DNA of 64,000 bases, taken from Camelus dromedarius (lineage: Eukaryota). Positions 12,598 through 24,814 of this stretch are shown in pieces. The translations under genes and the position numbers were made by a program. Below the pieces are notes generated by a model, which had not been told where the DNA came from, searched no databases, and was given only the letters and a program-made list of their open reading frames with translations. The stretch is from assembly GCF_036321535.1 (NCBI RefSeq), contig NC_087437.1, forward strand, positions 69,442,001 to 69,506,000, written 5' to 3'. Position 1 is the first letter of the stretch. Each line of letters starts with the position of its first letter.

Positions 12598-12741
12598 CCG
12601 TGGTTATAGTCAAAGTGTGGTCCTTGGTCATTACCTGGGAGCTTGTTAGAATACAGAATCTCAGGGCCTACCACTGACCTACTGCACTAAAATCTGTATT
12701 TTAACAAGATCCCCAGGTTTTTCATATGTGAAAGCACTGCT
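12598..12741. mobile_element. MER5A-like hAT-Charlie MITE
   Basis: 'caaagtgtggtcc...acctgggagcttgttagaatacagaatctcagggcc...tctgtattttaacaagatccccagg'. Confidence 0.85.
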
Positions 12742-13395
12742 TCTCTATAAATCCTGTTCCTTTATTAGCATGGTCAGACTTTGTTTTCTTAAGCTCTTGC
12801 CCTATAAATATATTTATCAGTTTTATGTTGATTCCTGTGGGATCTTTAATTGAAAAGGACAGAGAGGATCTGTTTATGTTCATTACCTATAGACACAGAC
12901 CTACACCTCACCTCTTTGTGGGTATTCATTATCCTTTGATAAAGGCATCATTATCTAGGTTAATATGAACCCAATTATCTTTAACATAAAGCACAGCGGT
13001 CTCCTCACTAGAATGCAGAATTTTATAAGTACTTAAGATTTTTCTGTATTGTTACAAACTCTTTTGAAGATCAATCAGTAATTCCAATATAAATTGATTA
13101 ACTGGGACAGCTGCAAAAATCAACTTAAATCTTGAGATATACATATATATATATATATCAGCATGGAAGACTGACCATTTCTCAAAAGATGTATATATGC
13201 AGCCTTATTGGAAGGATAAAGAGAAAAGTAACTAGTGCAGATAGTTTCTTGATTTCCTTGTCATCAGCCAAATTTTTATACTCGTGTTAGTCTTAGAGTA
13301 TGTATCATTGCCAAGTAGAATATGCATTACTGGTTTTAAAAAAGAGTCAGCCTCAGTATGTTTTAATTAATTAAACTGAAAAATCTATAAATGGG

Positions 13396-13832
13396 TATAG
13401 TGAGTTGAATGGTGACTCCTCCAAAAGACCCGGATCCTTACAATGTAACCTTATTTAGAATAAGGGTCTTTGCTGACATATTTAAGATAAGGATCTCAAA
13501 ATGAGATTATTTTAGATTAGGTTGGGCCTTAAATCCAATGGTGAATATCTCTTTAAAAGACAGAAACGGAGAAGACAAAGGGAAGAAGGCCATGTGAAGA
13601 AGGAAGGGGAGATTGGAGAGTTGCCTGTAAAACCAGTGATACCAGAATTGCCAGCAGTCAACAAAAGTTGGAAGTGGCAAGAAAGGATTCTCCTCCCCTA
13701 GATCTGTTGGAGCCTTGCTAACACCTTGATTTTGGACTTTTGGCTTCCAGAACTGTGAGAAAACACATTTCTGTTGTTTTAAGCCACCTATTTTGCAGTA
13801 ACTTGTTATAGCAACCCTAGAAAACTGGTAAA
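13396..13832 (+). mobile_element. MaLR solo LTR (MLT1C/D-like)
   Basis: 'aatgtaaccttatttagaataagggtctttgc' through 'ttccagaactgtgagaaaacacatttctgttgttttaagccac'; near-perfect 5-bp TSD ATGGG (13391-13395) / ATGAG (13833-13837). Confidence 0.9.
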
Positions 13833-15204
13833 ATGAGATAAATAAATCCATGGTCTGGTGATGCATTGACTGAGTGAGTGGCTTTGACATTATAACTCCC
13901 TCATCTTACTTGGTATATCAAATTCTAATTCTGTTTCTGCAAGTGTAGAGGCACACGCGTGTGCACAAGAGGCAAGTCACATACACACACAGATAAAGAT
14001 GGAGAACATAGTAAAAAGTGGACGCGTCTACAGGAAGCGATGATACTGCCAAGAGTGGGGGAAATGGCAGGAAAGAAGAACAGCAAATATCGTTAAACAA
14101 CTTTTGAAGCTGAAAAGACAGAGGTTTACAAGAAACAAAGCTCTAGAATAGCTGTGCTTATAAAGGGCTATGACCTTTGGCTTTACAGATATTCCCAATA
14201 CACAAAGAAATCAATCAATAGCCTTTAGCCTTGAATTCAACAATCAGAGTTTAACCTGAGGGCTTTGAAGTCATTAGAGCTGTAACATTTTCTTCTGTTA
14301 TTATACCTGGATCTGTGAGTGTGTGTGTGAGTGAATGTGTGACTGAGAAATGAGTTTGGAAACAGAGTCTTACCTTCTTGAAAGTGTCTGCTGTCTCTTT
14401 CACAACCGAGTGTGAACAGGGCGATAGTCATTGGCCTGGTTGAATGAATACCTTTGTGATTTGTTCTATGCATGTCCAATCCCTGGCCAAAGTTGCATGA
14501 TCCAGCAGGGTGTTAGGTTATTGATATATTAGGTGTGTGAAAGAAACGGGGGGTTTATAAGTAGTTTGCTCCATCTGTGTCACTAATGTGGGCATTGCCA
14601 CCTTGTAGCCCCACAAATCAATATCCAAATTCAATGACAAACTTTCTCAACAACATAACTCATCAAGCTTTAGTGTTCCCTAAGACAAGGACCCTGCCTG
14701 TGTGAGGCCATCAAGCACCAATATTGACTCTGTAGGACATTTTTAAGGCTATTTATATCACAATAAAGGTACTTTATTAGCCTCATCAATCAGGAGAGTG
14801 CAAATTCCACCCTGGAATAAGCTCTGCCTGAATGTGGGAAACAGGGAAGGGTAGAAATGATGGGATGCCTTATCTTCCATCTCATTTGAAACTTCCTAAT
14901 TGAAACAACAGATGAGCTTATTGCTTATAAAATAAATGAAGGAGGCACCACTAATGTAATAATGAAAGTTTAGGCTTCGGGTTGTTTTTCCCTGCTTGAC
15001 AGAGAGTTGGTGGCCAGCCAGCAGAGTGATTCCTGGTTTCCATAGTTAGAGACACAGTGCATCTGTCATTTGACCAAGATGGATGTACTGGCCATGCAGT
15101 AGGGCTGCACCTAGCTTGTAGCACAAACCTAGACTAGTGGTTCCTGTCATCTGTGACTTGGCAAGTAATACTGTCTATCACTGGGTCAGGGAAATGCTAC
15201 CCCA

Positions 15205-15375
15205 TAGTAGTTAACAGCTGTCTCAGGAGTCAGACAAGATTGGATTCGAATTCCATCTGACTTATTTGAGCTGATTTTTTCTCCACTGAAGAACAAGGGA
15301 CCTACATCTTAGGGTTGTTGTGAGAATTAGCCCAGATAATTCCCTATGCGTAGTAAGCACACAGTAAATGCTTTC
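15205..15375 (+). mobile_element. MIR SINE
   Basis: 'ggagtcagacaagattggattcgaattcc...acctacatcttagggttgttgtgagaatta'. Confidence 0.7.
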
Positions 15376-15459
15376 TGTTTACATTGTGGGTTTTGACAAG
15401 TTATCACTTCTGGTTGGGCATGAGAAGATGCAGTTGATGGTGATGTCTGTAAGATTAAT

Positions 15460-15640
15460 AACACCAGTTTTAATGTCAGACAGAGTTAGATTTCAACCCT
15501 AACTCTGCCACTTGTGACCTATGAATTCTTGAGTAATAAACTTATTTTCTCTGACTTTTTAGTCCCCTAAGCTGTAAATGGTTATGAACATAATAATGCC
15601 ACCCCCTCAAAGCTGTTGTAAAGACCAAATGGAAAATACA
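15460..15640 (+). mobile_element. MIR SINE
   Basis: 'gtcagacagagttagatttcaaccctaactctgccacttgtgacctatg...ctgttgtaaagaccaaatgg'. Confidence 0.65.
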
Positions 15641-15789
15641 CATCAGTAATGTATGCTGAATGCTCTTTTATATGCTTGTAGTGCCTTACACAGCATAAGC
15701 ATATCATCAATAACATTTTGTATGATTATTGAAAGCCTGACAAAATATCTATGTGCATGCCCAGAGAATTACTAATTTGATAGATTTTA

Positions 15790-16480
15790 TATATTTACTT
15801 AACAAGTATTCATTGAGTGCCTCCGATAGCTAAATAGAGGGGATGCAGAGAACAAGACAGTAAAATCTCTGCCTAGGATCCTATCATCTAGATGGGGAAG
15901 ACAGACTCGTACTCTTACAAAGTGTATTTGAAAGAGACGTGAAAAGAGAGTGATTGGGGAATGGGAAGAGGTTATTGGTCAGCACAGACCCTCTGAAATG
16001 GTACAATTCGAACTAGAAAAGAATAAGCAATGTAAATATGGAGTAGGGTAACCATATTTTAAGCAAAAGGAACTGCAAATGCAAAGGCTCTGAGGCAGAA
16101 ACTAGCCTGATAAGGAAGGCAAGGGTGTCTGGAGCAAGTGAGCAAGAATGGATTGATAGAATATGAAGTCTAAGAGTTAGTAAGAGGCAAGATCACATAT
16201 GAGCTTTATAGGTTATGGTGAGAATTTGGATTTTATGCTAAATGTATCGTAAAGGCATCTGATTTTTAGAGCTAGTGAGGATGGTGTGATTTACCTTTTT
16301 AAAGGTAATTCTGTCTGCTGGGAAGACAGAGATGGTGGTAGCTTATACCAGGATTACTTAAGTGTATCCTAGGGCAGTAGCAATGGAGAGGAAGGAAAGG
16401 GAAATATACATGGAATATATTTGGGGAGTAGGATTGCTGATGAATTTCACAGATTTTTTAGTAAGAAATGAAGGATGACT
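15790..16480 (-). mobile_element. L2 LINE 3' region
   Basis: 'aacaagtattcattgagtgcc', 'gcaaatgcaaaggctctgaggcagaa', 'gagaatttggattttatgctaaatg'. Confidence 0.8.
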
Positions 16481-16754
16481 TGAAAATAATTTATTCTAAA
16501 AAACATTTGTCTTTTTTTTTAAAGCTGTATTAGCCCCTCTCTTAATCAGCTTGAACCAAATCAACTCGAAAGTCAGCCACAGTATTTTATTCAAGGCAAT
16601 GTTCTGGCTTATTCAAATCATATTTTGGCTCATACCAAAGCCTAACCCTCCTACCAAGGGTTTTCAAAAACCTTAGAAATGGGAGGAATTTGTAACAGAA
16701 AAGAATTGGGAATGCCCTAATTGAGAAGGAAAACTCACCTCGGATACCATGTGT

Positions 16755-17060
16755 TGTTATTTTACTGTGTGCTAGGCACTGTGCTTTGGATTTATTTAAA
16801 TTATATCATTTAGTTCATTTGACAGCGCTATTAAATGAAATATAAACTCCATTATAGTAGGATTTTCACTATTTTCATCAAAATGTAACATGAGCCCTTA
16901 GAATAACACCTAGCCAGATGCTAAAAAATATGTGTTGAATTAATTAATTAGATAGGTATTACCATCCTCAATTTAAATGTGGAAACTGAGACTCACTGAG
17001 TTTCAGTCAACTGCTCAGATTCTCAGAGGTTATGTAACAGAGCCGGAATTTGAATTCATT
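16755..17060 (-). mobile_element. MIR SINE, interrupted by a short L2-tail-like piece
   Basis: 'tactgtgtgctaggcactgtgct' through 'aaatgtggaaactgagactc...gagccggaatttgaattc'. Confidence 0.7.
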
Positions 17061-18134
17061 AAGTATTCTTCTGCATTTCCTGAAGTTGATTGGACAAAAA
17101 GGCAAATGCTAATCTTTGAAATCTCCATTCTGAGGCTTCCTGTTCTAAAAATGGGCCTCATTCAAACCCAGAGAAGAGGTTTGGCTATGTCAGGAAACTT
17201 GGGTTTAGTGATCTGAGGAACCATTTATGATCACGATCTCTTTCTATTTTGCCGCACCCTTCCCTATACTGCATTTATAGCAACATGGAGGAGGTGGAGG
17301 AGATGTCGTGAAGGAATAGGAAATAGGTTGAAGGATGGTTTGGAGGTTCTTTTACTGGATAAGTCAAGTGCAATTGAGGAGCTATACGTCCTAATGCTAA
17401 AATAAACCGTGAACTGATTCACTGAATCATACCAAGTTATTAATTACTAATTGATTAAAGATTTTTGTTGTTATTATTCTCGTTAAGGAGAAATAAAAGT
17501 GCTAAACTTTTGTCAGAATTATAAGGGAGAAAACTAACGGAAGAAAGGAGAGAGGAAGAAAAGGGGGCATTTGTAGGAGAACGAAATAAGAGAGAATACA
17601 CCCTAAAGATTTTTTTCTCGTAAAAATTTGGAGACTTTTCAGTCTTGAGAAGAAGTTCATGAGAAATACATTATATTCTATATATATTCTAGAAAATTAT
17701 ACTTTTCATTTTTGTTCAAGTTCACAAATCTCTAGTTCACAAAGAAAATATGAACAACTGTGTCTTATTACAAATCATCCATCAGGTGTGGAGCAGTGAG
17801 TTGAAGGCAACCTGACCTTTTGCATTCTTTTCATCTGCATCCTTCTTGCCAAGTGGTGCTTCTTGAGGTTTATCTCAGCTGCTGAGTGTCCTAAGAGGAA
17901 TGATATGTGCTGCCAGGTTGAAGATGCTTGTCTTTCAAGGCCCCCAGGGACATTAGTTCTGAAGCATTTGGACTATTTTCTTCATCAGATATCTGTATTG
18001 GTACCTTGAGAGTAAGCTACAAAGGATTAGAGCAGCAGTTGTTCAAAGGGGTTCTTGGACTTGAAAATGTGGGGGCTACTGATACAAGACTTGGTTTCTG
18101 TGTACCTATTTGGCATTGTTTATAAGGTAGGTTT

Positions 18135-18530
18135 ATCATTCAGAACTTTTTTGGTTATGAGTCACAGAAAACCTGACAAACTGGCTCAAACAATGAGGGA
18201 GTTTATTGGTTTACATCAGTGAGAAATACAGTGGAAGGACCAGCTGCAAGTGTCAGTTGACCACTTGCTCTGTGTCTTGCCCTGTCTGCTTCCCTGTTGA
18301 CTTTATTTCCAGATAAGTTCTCTTCTCATGGTCATAGGATGGCTGTAGTGGCTCTAGGCCTTGTATATTCTGGGCTTTAAGTCCTCTGAGGAGAGCAAGC
18401 CTCTTTTTCTTGGGAGTCAATCAAAATCTCAAACCTCCTCATTGCATTTTACTGGCTCTGATTCGGTCATATCCTTGTTTCTGAACCAATAACAGATATA
18501 GTGCTTGGCTTAGCCCTGGGCAACCTCCCT
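18135..18530 (-). mobile_element. Old MaLR LTR (MLT1J/K-like)
   Basis: 'tttggttatgagtcacagaaaacctgacaaactggctcaaacaatgagggagtttattgg' through 'ggtcatatccttgtttctgaaccaataac'. Confidence 0.75.
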
Positions 18531-18920
18531 CCAGTTAGCAAGTGGGTCTCAGCCAACCTATACAGGCAAAGAGATAAAAGTGGGTATCCTTACATGGATC
18601 CTTAAGTGAAGTGAATGAAACTTGAGTGGCTAAAGAACAACACACATTTATTAGAGCAAAATTGTGTACAGGAAGTGGAAGGGCTTGAAAAGGAGAGTGA
18701 AGGATGGTAGAGAAGAGGAAAGGAGGGGTCTGGAAAGTATCTACGTAGACATGATCTTTACTTAGATATATGTTTAGAATTTGTAAGTAGGTATTTTTTT
18801 TCCCTGTAAACATATTTGCTTTTATTACTTGCTACCCAGGTATACTCATTATTAAAACAAGGTTTCAGAAAGGTTCACAATATGAAGAGAAGACTTTGGG
18901 TATGTTATTAAAAGAATTCT

Positions 18921-19142
18921 ATTAACAGATACATATTACTATATATAAAATAGATAAACAACAAGGACCCACTGTACCGCACAGGGAATTATACTCAATC
19001 TCCTGCAACAACATACAGTGGAAAAGAATCTGAAAAAATATGTATATGTATATATGTGTGTGTATGTATAAGTGAATCATCCCCCTGCACACCTAAAACT
19101 AACATTATAAATCAACTACACTTTAACAAAAATTTTTAAAAA
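18921..19142 (+). mobile_element. L1 3' end (cetartiodactyl type)
   Basis: 'tactatatataaaatagataaacaacaaggacccactgta...gtggaaaagaatctgaaaaa'; degraded flanking repeat aaaagaattctat / aaaaatattctat. Confidence 0.9.
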
Positions 19143-21724
19143 AATATTCTATATCCCTTTATCCCCCAAATGAGTTAAAGTACTGATCCTAGTTCTCTCA
19201 AGTACTGGCAGTGCTGCAGCTTCCCTGGAGAACATGATAAAGCCTCCAGTACTTTATGATGTGAACAGAAGAAATGTATCCTTCCTCATGTACCATTTCT
19301 GAAGAACACATGGGTGTGGGTGCCAGTTGTTTTCCATGATGATTTACTATAGTAGCTGGATGATGAGTTGTAGGTAATTTATAAATTATTTATGTGGAAG
19401 AAACTGCAACTATACTTTATATTAAAAAAACATACTGTATTTTATTTTTTAAAAGTGTTTTATTTTTTAAAAGAATATTTATTTTATTTTTAAAAAGTAT
19501 ATTAACAAAATACTAAAAAGAGGGACAGTGAGAATAAAAAGTAAGGGGAAATTATTTTTGAGTTTCCTCATTGTCATGAAAAGAGGCCCCTATTCAAGTC
19601 ATATTTCCGACATACTCAATGATATATAAAAAATACAAGTATCCCTTGGCCAGCTGGAGGCTTTATCTTTAAAATGGAAACGTTTGTAGTCCATGTTTTA
19701 GTATCAAATAATTTTTTTTTCCAATCAGGCATTTGGTAACTGAGCTGTGTTTGAAAGGACAAAATATCTCATATGAGAACTTTTGCAACCTACGTTTGTA
19801 CTGACACAGTTGAGATTTAGTCAAACCAAACTTCCTATCCATATGCTGTCGACCTCGGCATTTGTGTACTAAATCATCCTAACAGCTTGTAGGACTCTTC
19901 ATCAGCCAAAATACCTTCCAGGTGATTCCCTGGAACATAGACCAACAGTTTTGTAAATAAGGGAGACAGGTAACAGGGGCAGGGGAGGCAGTGGCAGGTA
20001 TACGAAGTGAAGGAAATGAAGAAGTCCGCTATACAGAGCAGCCGGCCGTGTGATGGGCTATAGAGCACCGACTGGGACACGGTTGCCTAGAATATTTACC
20101 TCCTTAAAGTATTTATTGTACTTGTGACTACGGGGAGTGCTCCCTGATACGCTTGGGAAAGCTTGTCATCTTTATGTTTAGGCTCTGCAAGGAAAGAGTT
20201 CAGGCTGCTGTTTTTGGAATTGGTGTTGAGAGGACAGTGAATATTGAAAGTGAGATTGGTAACCTAATCCCTCTAATCACCCCCCAGATTAACACAAAGA
20301 ATTCAGAGTCTGGTGCGTTGCTTAAGGTGATGGCACTTTCCTGCACGGCCGTTCAGGCAGAACCAGTGGCATTTCCATGGAAACCTTGCATATGCTCATG
20401 TGTGCATATCCCCACCTGGCATTCATCCTTCCAGAGACCAAGCCAAATGAGGCAATTTGTGCTCCGGCCACTGGAAGCCGGGCTTGCTTCATTAACACCG
20501 TATCGTGCTAGCAGGATTATAGGGAAAGAGGTGTTGGTTTCCTTTAGGGAAAGTGATTTTCTACTGGGTCCTTGCCAAAGGTCACGCTGACAATATTTTG
20601 AGACAAACTGGGCCATACCCTTCACGTAACTGCTGTGTGTTTTGTGGCCAGAGTTCCTTTTTGTAAATAAAATCTAATATAGCAGAGACCTCCTTCCCTT
20701 GGAAGAAGGGGATGCTATTTTCCCAAGGTAGGAAATTGGCAGTATATTATCAGACCGTATTTTCTGAGCAAATATTTAATCAGGACCTCTCCTATTTGTC
20801 TTTTTTTGGCCTGAGGATGTTCTATGAAATGCAGTGCAGTTCCATTTTTATGTTCACGATTTACCCAGAGCTTTTCCACAGGCTGTTGTGTATGCAAAAG
20901 AAAGTTCAGTATTTCTAATTATATTGTGTACCTGGTCTATTATCTGACACTCCTCTGAATTGCCAAATAAATTTTTATCAGCGTTTCTCATTGCCAAATA
21001 TCAAGGTCCTGTGAATTCACATTTTGTTAAGCTTTCCAAGGGATATCATGGATGTAATATAAATATAGTCACATAATCTTACACAGTCTTGCCTTTTCAG
21101 GCACATCTCTGAACCTACCAAATCCAATCTGTTTGTGAATTTATATTTCTCAGTAGCCTGAACATTGGTTTTTGACAAATACCCAGGAATGTTGTCACAT
21201 TGCTGAAAGGTGTTTAGTTAACTCAGGTGACATATGAATGGCATTGAGCAAAAATATTAGTGACATGTTGTTTTAATGTTCTTTTTCTTTGCAGGGGTCA
21301 CATGAAAGTGAGAATTAAAAATTTCCCTCTTTCTGCATTGTGTTCTTATTTTACTTCTCAATCAAAAGCTGAAGAAATACGTCGTCTGGATCTCTTAAGT
21401 TTTCTTGCCAAACAGTGGGAGGAATGTCTCATGCAATTACAGTGATGGGGTGGACCTCACACACAGTGACGAGGGTCACTTAGGTGATACTTGTCTTTGG
21501 AAGATGGAAGTGGTGTTGCAGTGTGCATTCTGAATCGGTGGCAGCACAGCTGTTTCCTAACTTTGTCCATTAGACCATGGGACGCAGATCACAAAGTAAT
21601 TATGAGAATTTGTTTTGAGGGTTAATAACACAAATACAGTTCACCTCTCACCCAGGAACATGGTGGGAATGTGTGCACTCACTAAGCATAAAGGGAGAAA
21701 CTATTCTGTCAACGTGCAGGAACA

Positions 21725-21900
21725 TCATTTAGTGGCAGAAGAGTCTGACTTCTGGAGTCAGAAACTCAGGTGTTTGAGTTTCACCACTACTACTTCTTTC
21801 TGGCTGTGTGAAATTGGCCAAGTTCTCTGACTATCTTCATTGTTTCCTTGGGAGAAATAAATGAAGAGGTGTCTGTAAAAAGGGGTCTGATTGATCATAG
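21725..21900 (+). mobile_element. MIR SINE
   Basis: 'ctggagtcagaaactcaggtgtttgag...ggctgtgtgaaattggccaagtt'. Confidence 0.6.
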
Positions 21901-23663
21901 TTGTTCAATCAATATGTCACTTGATCTTGTTAGGGCAACAATTGTATCTTTACCCCTACGATCCTCCAAACTTACCACCTTTCCTGAAACATAGGAAACA
22001 TTCCACAGATGTTTATTGAATGAATGTGTGAATGTTCAAATTTGACAATGACAGACAATCACACCAAAAGATTCAAATTAAAAACTAAAGCAATCCAATA
22101 AGACTAGTCCAAGGGCCTAGATCACCCTGTTTTTTTGCCCAGTTGTGATAATGAAGCTGAAACTAAGTCTCGAGGAACCTGTTGGACAATTGACAGTGAA
22201 GCTTTGAAACTTCTATCAGAGATGCTAAGCAGTGTGATATATGAAGTTGATCTTTAAAAACAGTGTTTTAGAGGAAATGTATATTTCTTAAAATGAAATT
22301 AACTCTCCTAATGAATAAAAAGCAGACATAGAAATGTCTTATTTTTTAGTATGTTTCCATTATAAAAAAAGAAAGTCAAAAGATTCACTACTCTTTGCCT
22401 CACAAGCCAACGTCTCTACAAAGAAACATCCACAAACACTGAAAAGAAAAAATTTTCTTACTCAGCTTTCAGCCTTTCTAGAGACACTATTCCCGCTTTG
22501 AGAAGAGGTATATTAAAAAGAACTTTCTTTCTCAATTTTTATTTTTACATGTGAGTATTTTTGTACTTGTGAATTTGCACATCTCCCGAAAATGATTTAA
22601 GACTTGCGAATGTACTGCAATAGTATTCTTTTGAACATGTTTTCTCCTTTTTCTTCCACCTGTTGGGCATCCTTTCATTTCACTAAAAAAATACCTTCAC
22701 TGCACTTAAAAAAAAAAAAAAAAGAACATTAGTTGACTCTTACTATGTGACTAGGGTGAGGTCTATAGATGCAAAGGACACAGGAAAGATATATTTTAAG
22801 TAACCACAGACAGTTGTTCATACAATCAGATCAGCCACTATGTAATTCAACATGTAAACCAGACTTGTATGGTATCCAAATCAATTGAACTTTTATATGG
22901 GAAATTAAATAATAAAAAATGGTACATTTTGCATTTTATTTGTAATTCTTAGGAAATCCTGGAGATGCCTACTATATCATTTGAGTTATTCCTTGTAAAT
23001 AAGTCACAAAAATGAATCTAGACATCTGAGAAATTTATAGAAATAATTAATTAAGGTCTAAACCAGCACCTTTCATTCTTGCTAGGTTTCTATATCACGG
23101 AATCCCTTAAATTTCCTAGGGCAAGAGTTAAGATCCAGACAAATCTCATGCGCAAGTAGTAAGACTTATTGACAGACTTTCCTTATCTCCCCAGCTAGAT
23201 TATTAACCCCTTAAGGGATAGATAAACCCTGTTCATATCTGCAAGCACACCATATAGTACTCTAGTAGATGCTTACAAATGCAAATGAAGGACGTAATTC
23301 ATGCTACTCTTTCCTGTCATTCATTAGATCTTGGTCCAACCCTGCTTTATTTCCAAAAGAAATTTGGCAGTGGAATTGCTATCCTTCTTGCATGTCCATT
23401 GGCAATGCTCTTGAGAAGGACCTGTGCTCTGGCTTTCTGCCTCCATATACCCACAAAATCTCACCAGTTACATTGAGGCAGCAAGGATAGGTCATGACTC
23501 ATATGGATCTGTCTGAGGTTTAAGTTGAGTTTAGACCTTGCTAAACAGAAAATACATTTTGACATCCAGGTGTGTTAGCTGCATGCTTGAGCTTCCCAAT
23601 TTTTGTCATAATTTTTCTTTTCATGTAGACAAACGTGTAGGAGCTTTGGATCACTACATTCAA

Positions 23664-23698
23664 AGTCTAAACACATGTTTAGTCTAAACACATGTTTA
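23664..23698. repeat. Perfect 17-bp tandem duplication
   Basis: AGTCTAAACACATGTTT twice (23664-23680, 23681-23697). Confidence 0.95.
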
Positions 23699-24496
23699 TC
23701 TCAACTTCCCAATCTTCCTCCCTCCCAAAACAAACTACAAACAAACAAACAAATAAACTCTTTCTCTTCATCCTTGGGGCCTGCAGAAGAATCTTGTCTG
23801 CAAATGGCTATCAAATGCTGCAGCATGAAGGTAAAGACCTAGAGTCCAGATTCTGTCATCCACATTTTCCCCGCAGCTCCATATTTCTTAGTGTGTGAAG
23901 GAGAAAGACCAACGAGCCCAGGCACAACCATCGATCCTAATTCCCTAACCCCTTACTGTCTTATCGCTTTTAGTTACTAATTATAAATCATTCCAATTTT
24001 CATTGTTGCCAGAAGAATACCATCAACTTCACTCTGCCAAAATTTTTTGGTTTGTTTATTTTTTCTATTATTATTGAACTGCCCTACTTTATAAAGCCTC
24101 TTATGAGTAGTGGACTGAAGGTGAGTTCAGAACAAGACTCCTAGGAACTAGGGTACAAAATTATCCTCCATTTTATTGTTTTTCCAACTGAAATTGAGCA
24201 GCAAATAAATCCAGTCAACCTGTGGGAAACCAATTCCTGTTGAGCTTAGGAAAGTCAAGTTGAAGAAAGTTAAAGAAAAGAGTTGGGAAAATGTGTTGAA
24301 AAAGCAGGGAGAAGAGTCAAGGCAGTGAAGGAGTTTGAATGAACGAGAGGATGCCACTGGATGAAAACCCTTAACAAGGAAAGGTGAACTGCAAAAAAAA
24401 ATGAACATGGACCCCAAGGAAAGACAAAGGAACACACTGAAAGAAAGAGAAAAAGTAGGAGAGGAAGAAAATTCCAATCAATAATTAACAACTATG

Positions 24497-24814
24497 TGGA
24501 ATCTAAAAAAAAAAAAAAACCAAACAAAGCATAAATACAAAACAGACATAGACATAGAATACAAACTTGTGGTTGCCAAGGGGGCAGGGGGTGGGAAAGG
24601 ATAGACTGGAATTTCAAAATGTAGAATAGATAAACAAGGTTATACTGTATAGCACAGGGAAATATATACAAGATCTTATGTTAGCTCATAGAGAAAAAAA
24701 TGTGACAATGAATATATATATATATGTTCATGTATAACTGAAAAATTGTCCTCTACACTGGAAATTGACACAACATTGTAAAATGATTACAAATCAATAA
24801 AAAATGTTTAAAAA
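24497..24814 (+). mobile_element. Young 5'-truncated L1 with 17-bp TSD
   Basis: 'tggaatctaaaaaa...aaacttgtggttgccaagggggcagggggtggg...ctgtatagcacagggaaatatatacaagatctt...caataaaaaa'; TSD AATAATTAACAACTATG at 24480-24496 and 24815-24831. Confidence 0.93.

Noticed and set aside
13507..13890. 127-aa minus-strand ORF
   Set aside because: Lies within the MLT1 LTR
20153..20590. 145-aa ORF
   Set aside because: Non-ATG start, no recognisable domain, and no convincing splice-bounded exon
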